A stretch of DNA of 64,000 nt. Origin: Octopus sinensis (taxonomy: Eukaryota). The position numbers and the translations under genes are program-made. Shown here in pieces: positions 50,752-64,000 of this stretch (the first letter of the stretch is position 1; each line of letters opens with the position of its first letter). The DNA lies in the NCBI RefSeq assembly GCF_006345805.1, contig NC_043011.1, positions 8,556,001 through 8,620,000 on the forward strand, read 5' to 3'. A model generated the notes under the pieces. That model saw only the letters and a program-made list of their open reading frames with translations. It ran no database searches and was not told the origin of the DNA.

Positions 50752-50826
50752 GCCTGTATTGTGAAACGGTTGCTAACTCACTGATTGTGGTTCAGGAGAC
50801 TCCAGGTTCAATTCCTGGAGAGTGCA
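50752..50826 (+). pseudogene. tRNA-like remnant with GTG (His) anticodon
   Basis: D stem GTGA/TCAC, CTGA-ttGTGgt-TCAG arm, T arm CCAGG-TTCAATT-CCTGG and downstream poly-T; the acceptor stem pairs poorly. Confidence 0.35.
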
Positions 50827-51297
50827 AATTAGTTTTTTTTTTTCTGTTTAAGACTGTGATCTGACAGAATTGTTAGCACTACCGACAAAATGCTGAGCAG
50901 CAGTTCATTCATCTTTATGTTCTGAGTTCAAATCCCACTGTGGTCACCTTTGCCTTTCACCCTTTCATCATCATCATCATCACCATCATCAACAACATTT
51001 AGCGTCTGCTTTCCATGCTGGCATGGGTTAGACTGTTCGATAGGAACTGGTAAGTCAGAGAGCTGCACCAGGCGCCAGTCATCTGTTTTGACTGGGTCTC
51101 CATGGCTGGATGCCCTTCCTAATGCCAGCCACTCTATAGGTTGTACTGAGTGCCTTTCACATGTCACCAGCATGGGTGCCTCTTCAGGATTGATAAAATA
51201 AAGTACCAGTCATGTACTGGGGGTTCACTGATATCAACTAGCCCTCAGAATTGCTGGCCTTATGCCAAAAATTTGAAATAATTATTATTAATATGCT

Positions 51298-52168
51298 TAT
51301 TGAGTGAGAGAGCAGTGCATGCCATCAAAGTGACACTGGGGTAAAATATACGAAGCCCAGTATACCCATCATGACTACCTGTCTGAATTTTCTTTAGGTT
51401 GAGTAGACCATCCCGCTCAAAAGGTCCCTGAATAAGGGATTGTTTAAAGATGTTGAACGAAACACCAGAGGTGAATTATTCAAATCCCAAAGAATTCCTT
51501 TCAACAACGCTATGATGCTCCCCCACTACATCTGCTTGTGATCAGAGATGTACACATCGTCAGCTGATTAAGGTCAAACAACTGACAAGCAAATCTGTGG
51601 TATTGAGCAGAATATTTGCTGTAGCCCATCTTTTATACCAAGACAAAACTATGTACTTGATAACACTTCCTGGTACTGCATCAGGACATTTTATTATTAT
51701 TATTATTATTATTATTTTTTTAGTGAGAGAGCTGTGCATGCCATCAAAGTGACACTGGGGTAAAATATACGAAGCCCAGTATACCCATCATGACTACCCG
51801 TCTGATAAGGGTACACCAGGCACATGCATCACAACCATATGTGCGCGACATGGTGATCTCCTAATAGATAAACAGCACATGACCTTGCAGGTGGGGCCCA
51901 GTTAGAATTTTCTTCAGATCGAGTAGCCCATCCTGCTCAAAAGGTCCCTGAATGAGGGTTGTTTAAGGATGTTTCCAAACGGGAATTATCCAAACCCTGA
52001 AGATTCCCTCTCAATAAATGGCTATGATGTTCTCCCACTACTTCTGCTCGTGATCAGAGATGCACATATCGTCAGCCACTAAGGGACATGCTCAACTGGT
52101 TAAGGTCAAACAACTGACAAGCAAATCTGTGGTATTGAGCAGAATATTGGCTGTAGCCCATCTTTTAT
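51298..52168 (-). mobile_element. Two copies of an unclassified repeat abutting (ATT)n, probably non-LTR 3' ends
   Basis: GTGCATGCCATCAAAGTGACACTGGGGTAAAATATACGAAGCCCAG at about 51315 and 51734, with different internal deletions. Confidence 0.6.
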
Positions 52169-52179
52169 TATTATTATTG

Positions 52180-52880
52180 AAGATGGTGAACTGGCAGAAA
52201 TGTTAGCATGCCAGGCAAAATGCTTAGCGGTATTTTGTCTGTCCTTAGGTTCAAATTCCGCCAAGGTTGACTTTGTCTTTCATTCTTTCAGGGTCGATAA
52301 ATTAAGTACCAGTGAAACACTCGAGTTGATGTAGTCAACTAATTTCCCCCCACCACCAAATTTTAGACCTTGAAAGGGTTATTATTATTATTATTATTAT
52401 TAAGGCGGTGAGCTGGCAGAATCATTAGCATATCCAGTAAAATGCCTGGCAAAATTTAGTCCATTTTTATGTTCAGTGTTCAAATTCCATTAAGGTCAGC
52501 TTTGCATGTCATCCTTCTGGGGTTCCTGAATAAGTGCCAGTCGAGTACTGTGTTGGTATAATCGACCAGTTCCCTTCCACCAAATTTCAGGCTTTGTGTC
52601 TGTAGTAGAAGGGATTATTAATAATGTTACTATTTTTATGTTAAGGCAGCAAACTGGCAGAAACGCTTAGAACGCCGGGTGAAATGCTTATCAGTATTTC
52701 GTCTGCTGCTACATTCTGAGTTCAAATTCTGCCGAGGTCGACTTTGCCTTTCATCCTTTCGGGGTCAATTAAATAAGTACCAGTTATGCACTGGGGTCGA
52801 TATAATCGACTTAATCCCTTTGTCTGTCCTTGTTTGTCCTCTTTGTGTTTAGCCCCTTGTGGGTAGTAAAGAGATAGGTA
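52180..52880 (+). mobile_element. Three head-to-tail SINE family 1 copies
   Basis: Heads at about 52183, 52403 and 52644; (ATT)n spacers. Confidence 0.85.
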
Positions 52881-54496
52881 GTGCACCAGACTAGATACCT
52901 TACAGTATTTAATTTCATCTTTCTGTATGTTCTGAAGCTAAAATCTTGCTGTTGTTGTCCACTTTGGCTTTCAACCCCCTGAGTGCAATAATAAGTACCA
53001 GTAATACACAAGGGGATTATTCAATTGGCTATACTCATCTTGCCCATTTCAAATTTATAGCATTGTGTTGATAAAAGAAACTGGTTCCAATATTGTTGTT
53101 TTCTTTATTTTTCTAGGGTCAGCTGACTTGAAAGTATTTCCAAGGAGTTAAAAAAGACAATTTGCCTCTAACCTGTGGTGTGCCATAAGGTATGTAACTG
53201 TTTTTGTTTCTGTTCTTGAGTGGAGTTACTGTATTCCAAACGGCCTCTAAACATCCTCTGGTTATAAAGATGATGAAGTGATGGCTTAAATGATGCATTA
53301 GTTAATGAACAATTGACTGGAAGACACCATTGTGAAGTTTGATATAAAAAATAGACATACAGGCATGGTTGTGTGGTTAAGTAGCTCGATTTGCACCCAT
53401 GTGGTTTAAGGTTCAGTCCCACTGTGCAGTACCTTGGGCAAGTGATTTCTGCTATAGCTTTAGGTTGACCAATGCCTTGCGAATGAATTTGTTCGACAGA
53501 AATTGTGTGAAAGCTCATTGTATGATATGTATATATGCTTTGCATTGCCTCACTAGCACTTGTACTGGTGGCACATGAAACATTCGAGCGAGGTCGTTGC
53601 CAGTGCCACTGGACTGGCACATAAAAAGCACCATTTGGGTGTGGCCGTTGCCAGTACCAAGCTGGCCCTCATGCCGGTGGCACGTAAAAAGCACCCACTA
53701 CACTCTCGGAGTGGTTGGCATTAGGAAGGGCATCCAGCTGTAGAAACTCTGCCAGATGAGATTGGAGTCTGGTTCACCAAACCTCAGTCAAATCGTCCAA
53801 CCCATGCTAGTATGGAAAGCGGACGTTAAATGATGATGATGTGTGTGAGCAGAGCTGGTAGATGGCAACTGAAAGTAATCTGTCGTGTGTGTGTGTGTGA
53901 TATCATGCAGTGGCTGTAAAAGAGCATCACCATCATATAAGTGATGATGTTTGTTTCCAGCCATTCATGGGAAAAAAACTTGTCTAACCATGGGGGGGCG
54001 TCTTACCTTGCTTACAAACAGGTGAGAGTTGGTGGCAGGAAGGGCATCCAGCTGTTGAAAAATCTGCCTTAACAAATTGCGTCTGCCCCATGCAAGCTCC
54101 CTGTAAATGGATGCTAAATGATGAGAAACTGTATAATGTCTTATGTGATTTTCTTCTCGCACTAATTGTCAAATCTACACCAGAAGGTTATTAATTAAAT
54201 CTAGATATTAGATAATTATTGATCCTGTATCTTCTTTGCTGGGTTTTTTTGCACAGCAACCAACAAGCTAATCCTGAACAATTTTAGAGTAAGCTTTTGA
54301 AATGATTTCACATACGGAACTTAATTAATTCTTGTCAAACGGTTGTATTAATTAATCAACTAATTGATTAGTTACGATGAGGTCAGATCTCAGGCTTACA
54401 CTTTGGTGGATATATCATAAAGTTGAGTGGCAACATGCTGTATGGCAGACCTATCCAACCCTCACGTGCATGGAAATATGGACATTTTAAAACTAT

Positions 54497-55440
54497 AGTG
54501 GTGGTGGTGATGGTGGTGGTGGTAGTGGTAGTTGTGGATATAGTGATGATGGTAGTGGTGGTGGTGGCGGCAGCGGCGGTGGGTATGGTGCTGATTGTGA
54601 TAGTGGTGGTGATGGCAATGGTAGTGGTTGTGTCAACGGTGTGTGGTAATGGTGCTGGTAGTGGTGAATAGGATGATGATGATGATGATGATAGTAATGG
54701 TGGTGGTATGAGTGGCAATGGTAGTCATTTTAGGAATGATGATAATGGTATTGATGGTTGTTGATGGTAGTGGTGCTGGAGAAGATGGTGATCGGGATGA
54801 TGGCCATGGTAGGGATGATGGTTGTAGTATACATGTGGTTGTTATGATGGTGGAGGTGGCTGTAGCAATGATGATAATGACAACTACAATGATGGGTCAT
54901 GAGTGATGATGTTGAGTGATGATGATTGGTGGCATTGATGCTTATGCTAATGACTGATGATGATGGTGGTGATGGTGGTGGTGAGATAATGGTTATAATA
55001 CTAATAGTGGAACTGGTGGGGGAGGAGGGGGTCATGATGTTAATGACAGCCGCAGGGGCGGTGGCAGTAGTGATCGCAGTGGTGGTGGTTGTGTGGTGGT
55101 GTGATGTGGTGGTGGTGGTGGTGGTTGTGTGATGGTGGTGGTGGTGGTACAGTGTGTGTGGGGTGGGGGTCACATAATGGTGAAATGGTGGTGGAGGAGG
55201 CAGGTTGTGGTCCTAATGTTTGTAATTGTGATGGCGGTGGGGATGTTGGAGGTATAGCAATGATTGTGATGCTGTTGGTGGTGGTGATGGTAGTGGTAGC
55301 AGTGGTGTTGGTGGGAATGGAGGTGGTATGGTGCTGACAGTAATGGTATTGCTGCTGTTGTTGTTGTTGTTGCTCTTATTCAACTATGATGAAGATTGTG
55401 AAAATGATGACGATGATGATGATGATGACAATCATGGTGG
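54497..55440. repeat. Degenerate (GGT/GAT)n trinucleotide tract
   Basis: Directly visible; source of poly-V/T/H ORFs. Confidence 0.9.
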
Positions 55441-55677
55441 CATCATATGTAATTAGGTTTCCTTATCTAATCAATCATCTCAGTTTATTTGGTTCACTTG
55501 TCTTGGAATTGTCTTTTGTCTCCCTCATTCTTCGCAATACTGTCTCTCATTCTCTGTGATTCTGGCATTCCTCTTCACCCTTTGATTGAGTAGATGCTTA
55601 ACCAATACAGTTCTAATCTCCCAGTACTTATATCAATGTTTCTATGCATTTACATGCATTTATGATATATAAATGTA

Positions 55678-55709
<32 letters not shown>

Positions 55710-55937
55710 ATACAAATAAGAAAATGGAGAAACAAATTTAGTTTGTTCATCAACTTTCAGATATTATAATGTTGGATTATTTATTCATTTAGCAAAATGA
55801 GAACCTTAATAGCATACATATATATCTTATAATTCAATACATATAAGGTAAGAATACAAATTATAAAAATCATAATAAATTATTGAAATCATTAAAATCA
55901 CTTCTTACAGCTGTTTCAGCCTATGGTTAAAAGTAGT

Positions 55938-56003
<66 letters not shown>

Positions 56004-57889
56004 GGTGTGTAAATGTATGTGTACACACATCCACATAAACACACACATATTTATGAGAAATGTTAATGTCTGTGTTTGCGTTCAGTTATAATGAAATAAT
56101 TTTAGATTAATCTGATGGGTTGCCCTATACTTTTGTCGAGTACAAATTTGTTATTCTTAAATAATGTTATTGACAGTTACAGAAGTCCGATGATGGCTTT
56201 CGTGGCCACAGCTTTGAAGTCAATGTCAATGATTTTCTTGTTTAAGAATAACATATTTATGATTTCCTTGCCAGGGCCACTGATTAGCTCCCGTGCCGGT
56301 GACACATGAAAAGCACCATTTGAGTGTGATCGTTGCCAGTATCGCCTTACTGGCACATGTGCCAGTGGCAAGTGGAAAATAACATTTGAGTGTGGCCGTT
56401 GCCAGTGCCACTGGACTGGCTCCCATGCAGGTAGCACATAAAAACACCTTTTGAGCATGGTCGTTGCTAGAACCACCTGACTGGCCCTCGTGCCAGTGGC
56501 ACATACAAGCATCCACTACACTCTCGGAGTGGTGTTGGTGTTAGGAAGGGCATCCAGCTGTAGAAACTTTGCTAGATCAGATTGGAGCCTGGTGCAGCCT
56601 CTGGCTCGCCAGTCCTCAGTCAAACCGTCCAACACATGCCAGCATGGAAAGCGGACGTTAAACAATGATGATGAGATATATATGTATGTAGCCACATGAA
56701 TGTGATGTGCCACATCATGTTGATATGATGTAGCCCAATATCAAATGTAGCGTGTAAATGTAACACTTAAATGTTCTTGCGGAGGAGTAACCAGTGAACA
56801 TCGAAGAATTGGCACCAAGAAGGAAGAAATATTATTTGTTTGTTTGCCTGACAGATAGTTAAAGAGACAGTAGAAATTCTAGTGATAGTGACAACAAGGT
56901 TGGCTCACTGGCTAGTAGTTGATAATGTAGAAAAAGATTGTCTGTCAGTAGAGAGTGAAAGAGTAAGGAACGCACGGTGCTAACTAGAAAGGAAGAAAGC
57001 ATAAAGGTGGCATCACCTTTCTTGTGGCCGAAAGCCCCTTCGCTTGTTGAGTGAAGGGAAGTGCAGCTCTTGGTCATGGCTGATGCAAAAGAGAGTGTTG
57101 CTTCTTCATAGCTGACACAAAACAGAGAGAGAGAGATGGAAAATGCTGTGTTATATAAACTATGGTCAGTAATGTAGGTCAAACCTAAACAAAGGACTGA
57201 CCTTTCCTTGACCAGCACAGGTCCTTGGGGGGTTGAGTGTTTCCCCATCAATCTTCTGGTGTGGAGATGCTTTCCTGCTTGTTTTGACAAGCAACAAGTG
57301 GGTAGATTTGGTTTCAAATCTCAGGCAGGGCAAAGCGAGGTCCCTACATATACATACATATGTGTGTGTGTGTGTGTGTACAAATATGTTTTCCATGTGT
57401 AATATTTTGTATTTGATACCCAAACTTTTATATTTAATATATCTAATTTGTTTATCCGCGTAATTGTCACTATATCGTGTGTGTTTGTATAAGAATATTT
57501 ATGTAATACATGTACATGTATGTATAACTGTATTTATAATATGCATACATATCTATCTATCTGTATGTGTGTATCTATGTATATATATCGTCGTCATCAT
57601 CATTGTTTAACGTCTGCCTTCCATGCTGGCATGGGTGGGACGGTTTGACAAGAGCCAGCCAGGCAGAAGCCTGCACCAGACTTCTGCAACTGTTTTTGCA
57701 GGATTTTCACAGCTGGATGCCTTTCCTAACCCCAACCACTCAGCAGAGTGAACTTAGTGCTTTTTACATGGCATTTACAAGGTGTTCCTGCTAAACTTGA
57801 CATTTTGCATAAAAGGAAAAGAAAACACTTTATTCTGTCCAAAAATAAAATATTTAAAAAAAAAAATTTTTTTTTGATATCAACAAGTG

Positions 57890-58063
57890 CAGGATTAGCT
57901 TTCTTACCAGCCACATGGTTCTGGGTTCTGGCACCTTGGGCAAGTGTCTTCTACTATAGCCTTGGGCCGACCAAAGCCTTGTCAGTGGATTTGGTAGACG
58001 GAAACTGAAAGAAGCCCGTCGTATATCTGTGTGTATATATATATATAGACATATATATATATA

Positions 58064-58099
<36 letters not shown>

Positions 58100-58180
58100 T
58101 AGACATATATATCATCATCATCATCGTTTAACGTCCGTTTTCCGCGCCAGCACAGGTTATATATATTATATATATATATC

Positions 58181-58211
<31 letters not shown>

Positions 58212-58423
58212 ATATGTTTGTTTGCCTGTGTTTGTCCCCCTAGCATTGCTTGACAACCGATGCTGGTGTGTTTACGTCCACGTAACTTACTGGTTCGGCA
58301 AAAGAGACCAATGGATTAAGTACTAGGCTTACAAAGAATAAGTCCTGGGGTTGATTTCTTTGACTAAAAGGCAGTGGTCCAGCATGGCCACAGTCAAATG
58401 ACTGAAACAAGTAAGAGAGAAAA
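57890..58423 (+). mobile_element. SINE family 2 with expanded internal (TA)n
   Basis: Head and tail match the family consensus seen elsewhere in the window. Confidence 0.85.
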
Positions 58424-58429
58424 GATGAT

Positions 58430-58875
58430 GGCTACGAGATAACAGTTTACTTGAAGTATCTTTCTTCAGCTTCCATCACAGCTCCAGAATCTGGTGCCTG
58501 CATTCCTCCTCACTGTGTCCTTGAGAAGATCTTCTCCTTCATCTTGGCCTTGGTCTTCGCAAGCAGAGTGGTTGGTGTTTTCTCAACTGTGCTCCGCATA
58601 GAGTAATCCTTGGGGTTACAATCAGGGGAATTAAGAGGCCAGAAATTGGTGCTGATGGAGTCATAGAAATTCTCTGAAAATCATTTCCGACTCTTTCCAG
58701 AGGAATGGCAAGGAGCTGAATCTTGATGCCTCACATATGGCCTTCCAGCAGCATTCCTCTCCGGTCTGGGTTTGACTGCAGTCTCACATTGTCTCACATG
58801 TATTGAGCCTAAGGCATCACCCACTCTGCAGACACATCCAAAGACCATCACAGTTTGAAGGAACTTGGTTTCCAT
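58430..58875 (-). pseudogene. Tc1/mariner transposase remnant (maT/DD37D-like)
   Basis: TKFLQTVMVFGCV..GD, AGRPYVRHQDSAPCH and FWPLNSPDCNPKDY motifs. Confidence 0.8.
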
Positions 58876-58877
58876 AT

Positions 58878-59235
58878 TTCTTTTCTACTCTAGGCACAAG
58901 GCCTGAAATTTTGGGGGAGGGGGCCAGTCGATTAGATTGACCCCACTATGCAACTGGTATTTAATTTATCAACCCCGAAAGGATGAAAGGCAAAAATCAA
59001 TCTTGGCAGAATTTGAACTCAGAACGTAGCGGCAGACGAAATACCTATTTCTTTACTATCCACAAGGGGCTAAACACAGAAGGGACAAACAAGGACAGAC
59101 AAACGGATTAAGTCGATTACATCGACCCCAGTGCATAACTGGTACTTAATTTATCGACCCCGAAAGGATGAAAGGTAAAGTCAACCTCGGCGGAATTTGA
59201 ACTGGCATGCTAACGATTCTGCCAGCTCGCCGCCT
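58878..59235 (-). mobile_element. Dimeric SINE family 1
   Basis: Two cores at about 58975 and 59158. Confidence 0.85.
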
Positions 59236-59547
59236 TCCCCTGTCCATTTTGTTCATGTCACATATTACAACCTGTCCAGTGTTCACAGAGTATTGAGCAG
59301 CAGTCATGATGTTGACATTTTGATATCAGGTGCAAATCATCGTGACACAGGTAACTCTTTGCCAATATTCCGATGGCTTGCAGTTCTCCGTGTCAGCAAA
59401 TTTTCTTCTCCATTACAACTTTAGTCCTTATTCTCTCCAATGCTGTCGACTATTCACCAATACATCAAGCTTTCCTTGAACAAAAAAAGGAGACATGACA
59501 AACTCAGCCTAAACTCCCTGTGTGTGTGTGTGTTAAAAGAAATGAAG

Positions 59548-59620
59548 TCAATTGTGGCCTAATGGATAAGGCATAAGCCTCCGGAGCTGAAGATTGTGGG
59601 TTCAAGTCCCATCAGGGTTG
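59548..59620 (+). tRNA. tRNA-Arg(CCG) pseudogene
   Basis: TGGCCTAATGGATAAGGCA D arm, anticodon CCG at 59581-59583, T arm GTGGG-TTCAAGT-CCCAT. The acceptor stem has 4 mismatches and the anticodon stem 1. Confidence 0.75.
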
Positions 59621-59799
59621 ATATTCAAAGGTATAAATTTCCTGACTTATGATATATATCTTACTCTATTCTACTCAGAGCTTTATTTTACCATCCAACC
59701 CATGCTAGCATGGAAAACGGACGTTAAACGAAGATGATGATACTTCATTGGATGGGTAATGTCAGTGTATATAAATGACAGGGTATAAATGATTTGAGA

Positions 59800-60475
59800 G
59801 AAAAACCGAGTGCGGAGGGCATGAGATGTAGTGTGCCAGAGAGAAGACTGTGTTGGTATAGTCATGTGATGTGTATGGTTGAGGACAGCTGCATCAAGAA
59901 GTGCCGATCTCTAATTGTGGAGGAAATATGTGGGATGAAGTGGTGAGAAAGGATCTTCAGATGTTGGGCCTCACAGAGGGGATGACAGGGGACCAAGACT
60001 CCTGGCGGTTTGCTGTGCTTAAGAAGACACACACCAAGCTAAGTAGATACATGGTTGGCCTTGCATACAAGCATGTCCTCTGCATCTCCCTTCAGCCGAG
60101 TGTTCCTAATCTTCTGGGCTCGTGGGTGTTGGTGCCACATCTCCAGGGATACAGGCATCCAGTAACAGGACCTCCGTAATGCTATGATGGACCGTGAAAT
60201 CTGGCGTAGCATGGTAAATTCCATTGTCTCGACCACGGTCGAACAATGATGATGATGATGGTGCCACATGAGCATGCATGATAGTGCCACATAAAAGCGC
60301 TCTTGCCAGTGCTGCGTGAAAACACCCTTCCTATCATCAGGTGGTTGATGTTAGGAAGGGCAGTGGAAACCCTGTTGAGACAGTCAGGGGGCCTGGGCAG
60401 CTCTTCAACTGGCCAGCCCCTATCAAACCGTCCAGCCCATGCCAGCATGGAAAACGTATGTTAAGTCATAATGAT
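59800..60475 (+). mobile_element. RTE LINE 3' end and UTR, with a nested short RTE insertion (60141-60258)
   Basis: ERRLCWYSHVM..WDEVVRKDLQMLGLTEGMTGDQDSWRFAV. The nested copy matches 10051-10170 and has an 11-bp TSD TGGTGCCACAT. Confidence 0.8.
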
Positions 60476-60878
60476 GTGTGTGTGTGTGTCTACAGTTATG
60501 TAATAGTGTTAAAATATGAAAAGACACATCTTCACACACACATACAAGTACCAAAGCCATATCAACGTTATATATAACCATGCACCATCACCAGAATCCA
60601 CGTTCCCGCACCACATTTGCCTGCATGTCTTGCTTCTACCATTCCATTGCAGATAATTGCAATCAAAAATATAAATAAATAAGCCGTAGGAAATGGATTG
60701 CATTGGAAATAAATACAAATCTGTCTGTCGACAATTCTGGAGTGTTGCTATCATTAGCATGGCTGTCAGTCAGGGCAGATAAGCCAGTGTTAACCCTTTA
60801 ATCCTATTATGTAGGAAGGAATAAGAATAGGCACTTGTACCATATATATATACATACATATATATATATATATGGATT

Positions 60879-60915
<37 letters not shown>

Positions 60916-61509
60916 GATGTTGATGATGATGATGATATATATATATATAATATATATATGGATTTGTGCATATATATATATAAATGTATATGGATTTGTG
61001 CATACATATATATATATTATATATATATTATATATATATATATATATATGCATTTGTGCATATATATCTTCATCATTTAACGTCCGTTTTCCATGCTAGC
61101 ATTTGGTTGGATGGTCCGACCGGGGTCTGGTAAGCCATGGAAGCTGCACCAGGCTCCAATCTGGTTTGGCAGTGTTTCTACAGCTGGATGCCCTTCCTAA
61201 CTCCAATAACTTCATGAGTGTAGTGGGTGATTTTTACGTGCTACCGGCGCAGGGGCCAGAGGAGGCTGGCAAGTGTGTCACCAACACAGACGCCAGTCAG
61301 GCGACACTGGCATCTGTCACGTTCGGACAGTGCTTTTTACGTGTCACCAGCACAGGTGTCTTAACTACAATTTCCATTTGAATTTTATTTTGATATATAT
61401 ATGTGTGTGTGTATATATATATATATGGATTTGTGCATATATATATATATATATATATGGATTTGTGCATATATATATATATATATATATGGATTTGTGC
61501 ATATATATA

Positions 61510-61743
61510 TATTTCTTTATTGCCCACAACGGGCTTAACTTAGAGGGGACAAACAAGGACAGACAAAGGGATTAAGTCAATTACATTGAACCCCAGTGCA
61601 TAACTGGTACTTTATTTATCGATCCCAAAAGGATGGAAGGCAAAGTCAACCCCGGCAGAATTTGAACTCAGAACGTAACCGCAGACGAAATACCGCTTAG
61701 CATTTCGCCCGGCACGCTAACGTTTCTGCCAGTTCACCGCCTT
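61510..61743 (-). mobile_element. SINE family 1, full-length monomer
   Basis: Head, core and tail ..TTGTGGGCAATAAAGAAAT are all present. Confidence 0.88.
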
Positions 61744-61767
61744 TGTGCATATATATAGATTTGTGCT

Positions 61768-61798
<31 letters not shown>

Positions 61799-61852
61799 GT
61801 GTGCTGCTGTAATCCAGCTACTCAGAGGCTTGGTTGGTTTGCGAGTTCTGGC

Positions 61853-62427
61853 CAACGCTGTAGAGTTGAAACAAAAAACTTCAACTATGACTCTTGTACT
61901 ATTGGAACCTTCGACTCTGACTCCTCTACTATTAGCACTTCTGACTCTGACTCTTCCTTATGTAATTAAGTTTTATTATGGTATACCTATCTCATAAACA
62001 CACATTACCATATGTACACGCACACATACACACGCACGCACACATGTATATATAATTATGGAAAACCATGAACGTATACATACCATGCAAACACACACAC
62101 ATAAGCAACTCGTACACAATTACTGTGAATACACACACATGAACTCACACACACACCAGTATGCACACACACACACACATCTACTCACAGGTATGCACAT
62201 AAACACACACACACATTGGTGTGCACATCCATACAAACATACAGACCTATGCTCACAGACCCGCATTCATACACACGCACACACACAGTCCCATCTACAC
62301 ATCCACGTCCACAGATGAACACACGTTCTACAAATACATCCACACACACACTCCTCTCTCTCTCTCTCTCACACACACTCATATGCTCTTCTCTCTCTCA
62401 GTCTCTCTCTCTCTCACACACACTCAT

Positions 62428-62458
<31 letters not shown>

Positions 62459-62523
62459 ACATACACACACACACACATGCTCTTCTCTCTCTCTCTCATA
62501 CACACACACATACACACACACAC

Positions 62524-62567
<44 letters not shown>

Positions 62568-62672
62568 TACACACACACACACATGCTCTTCTCTCTCTCT
62601 CTCATACACACACACACACATGCTCTTCTCTCTCTCTCTCTCTCTCATACACACACACACACACACACACAC

Positions 62673-62712
<40 letters not shown>

Positions 62713-62970
62713 CATGCATATTCACTCACACAGGCAAAGAGGTGCTCTTGTTTGTTTTTTTAACCTTCTGCTCCGTTCATAGAATATTTTCGGTGCCAAC
62801 ACTCACACACACAAAACACAAAAACTAAATCTATTTACAGTCTGTAATAAATTCTACCAAAATTCTACTTTGAGTAGGCCTTTGTGAGTCGGAATCAGAG
62901 TCGGTATAGTTTTTCCGACTCTGACTCCAGCTACCCCTTAGTTGTTTCCAACTCTGACCCTACAGCCCTG
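61853..62970. mobile_element. Probable hAT MITE with GACTC(T/C) subterminal repeats, inflated by an internal (CA)/(CT) minisatellite
   Basis: CAACGCTGTAG...CTACAGCCCTG ends; flanks GTTCTGGC and GTTCTGTG. Confidence 0.5.
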
Positions 62971-63680
62971 GTTCTGTGGCGACCAGAGGTCCACACTGAG
63001 CAACATGGAAATGAAGAGACTTGCTCAAGGTACACATTGCACTGCCCAGTCTGAAAACTGAACCCATAACATTATGATCATGTGTCAGACACCCTAACCA
63101 CTAAGCTAAGCACTTTCATATCATCATTGTCATAATTTAACATCCATGCTGGCATGGGTCGGAGGATTTGACTGGGCCTGATGGGCCCCAAGGACTTCAT
63201 TGTGCTCCAGGGCCTGTTTGAGCATGGTTTCCATGGCTGGATGCCCTTCCTATGCCAACTACTTTACAGCATGTACTGGGTGCCTTTTTTTTATATGCCA
63301 GCAGCACAAGTGAGGCTGTCAAGCAGCTTGAAAGACTATGAACCCCAAGTGAACTAGGAGATGAGGAATTGACAGGGGTAAAATATGAGATAAAAGGACC
63401 AGAGCAGATCAGGTTTCTTGGTATAGAGGAGCTACATAACTACTCACATTTTGGTAGAAAGAGTGGGAGTGATTGGGTAGAGCTAGGAAGTTATAAAAAT
63501 ATTCGTGGCAAGGGGTCAAGGTGGAGCTTCAAGGCACAAGATAGGAAAGAATGAGTGTGGGAGTAGATGTCTCATAATACAGAATAGTAATGACAAAATA
63601 GTGGTGATGAGGTGCCAAGATGGGACTTAATCCCTTTATTGTGGAAATAACCAATACATCCACTTAAAATTTCATTGCCC

Positions 63681-63913
63681 TTAATCCATTAATTCCCACT
63701 GTCCTATAAACAGGACACTAAATGAGAACATTAAATAAGCTATATCACATTGTCTCAGTGTCCTATTTATAGGACACCAAGTATTTCCATTTCCTGCTTG
63801 AAGTAAAGCAGTTTTGATAATTATTTTTTTTTATTTTAACCTATTTTCAATCATCTGTAAAAATTTTAAAGTGATATTCAGAAATTTAAGTACTCTGGGA
63901 CTTAATGGGTTAA
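63681..63913. mobile_element. piggyBac-like MITE
   Basis: TTAA-TCCATTAATTCCCA ... TGGGACTTAATGGG-TTAA. Confidence 0.7.
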
Positions 63914-64000
63914 GTACAAGAAACGGTTTTATATACCAATCTAAGTCCTGTTGTGAAATACCATGTTTGAAGCTATTTTCAGTGAGAAACCTTTGACGTG

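Noticed and set aside
55903-55925. Additional hammerhead (GAAACAGCTGTAAGA on the minus strand)
   Set aside because: Only the 3' half is present; the CUGANGA half is replaced by (TA)n.
59548-59620. Functional tRNA-Arg(CCG)
   Set aside because: The acceptor stem is largely unpaired; kept as a pseudogene.

Overview
A gene-poor, extremely repeat-dense eukaryotic window. It is most likely from an octopus (coleoid cephalopod) genome, inferred from the SINE families and microsatellite load and not verified by search. No intact host protein-coding gene is supported, and almost all listed ORFs are microsatellite or SINE read-throughs. The window holds decayed LINEs (Tx1, CR1-group, RTE), mariner and maT transposase remnants, hAT, piggyBac and Tc1/mariner MITEs, non-autonomous Helitrons and Helentrons, many tRNA-derived SINEs, and a tRNA-Arg(CCG) pseudogene. 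The most notable signal is absent from the ORF track: a set of Penelope-like element (PLE) remnants. These include an uninterrupted 144-codon GIY-YIG endonuclease frame (39430-39864) and several minimal hammerhead ribozymes with palindromic stem III. One pair has a canonical core and sits in inverted orientation at 14.5-14.8 kb; three other families have different non-canonical cores. The window also shows SINE/LINE 3'-tail sharing, including an apparent Tx1-tailed SINE, and (ATT)n-targeted nested Tx1 insertions.
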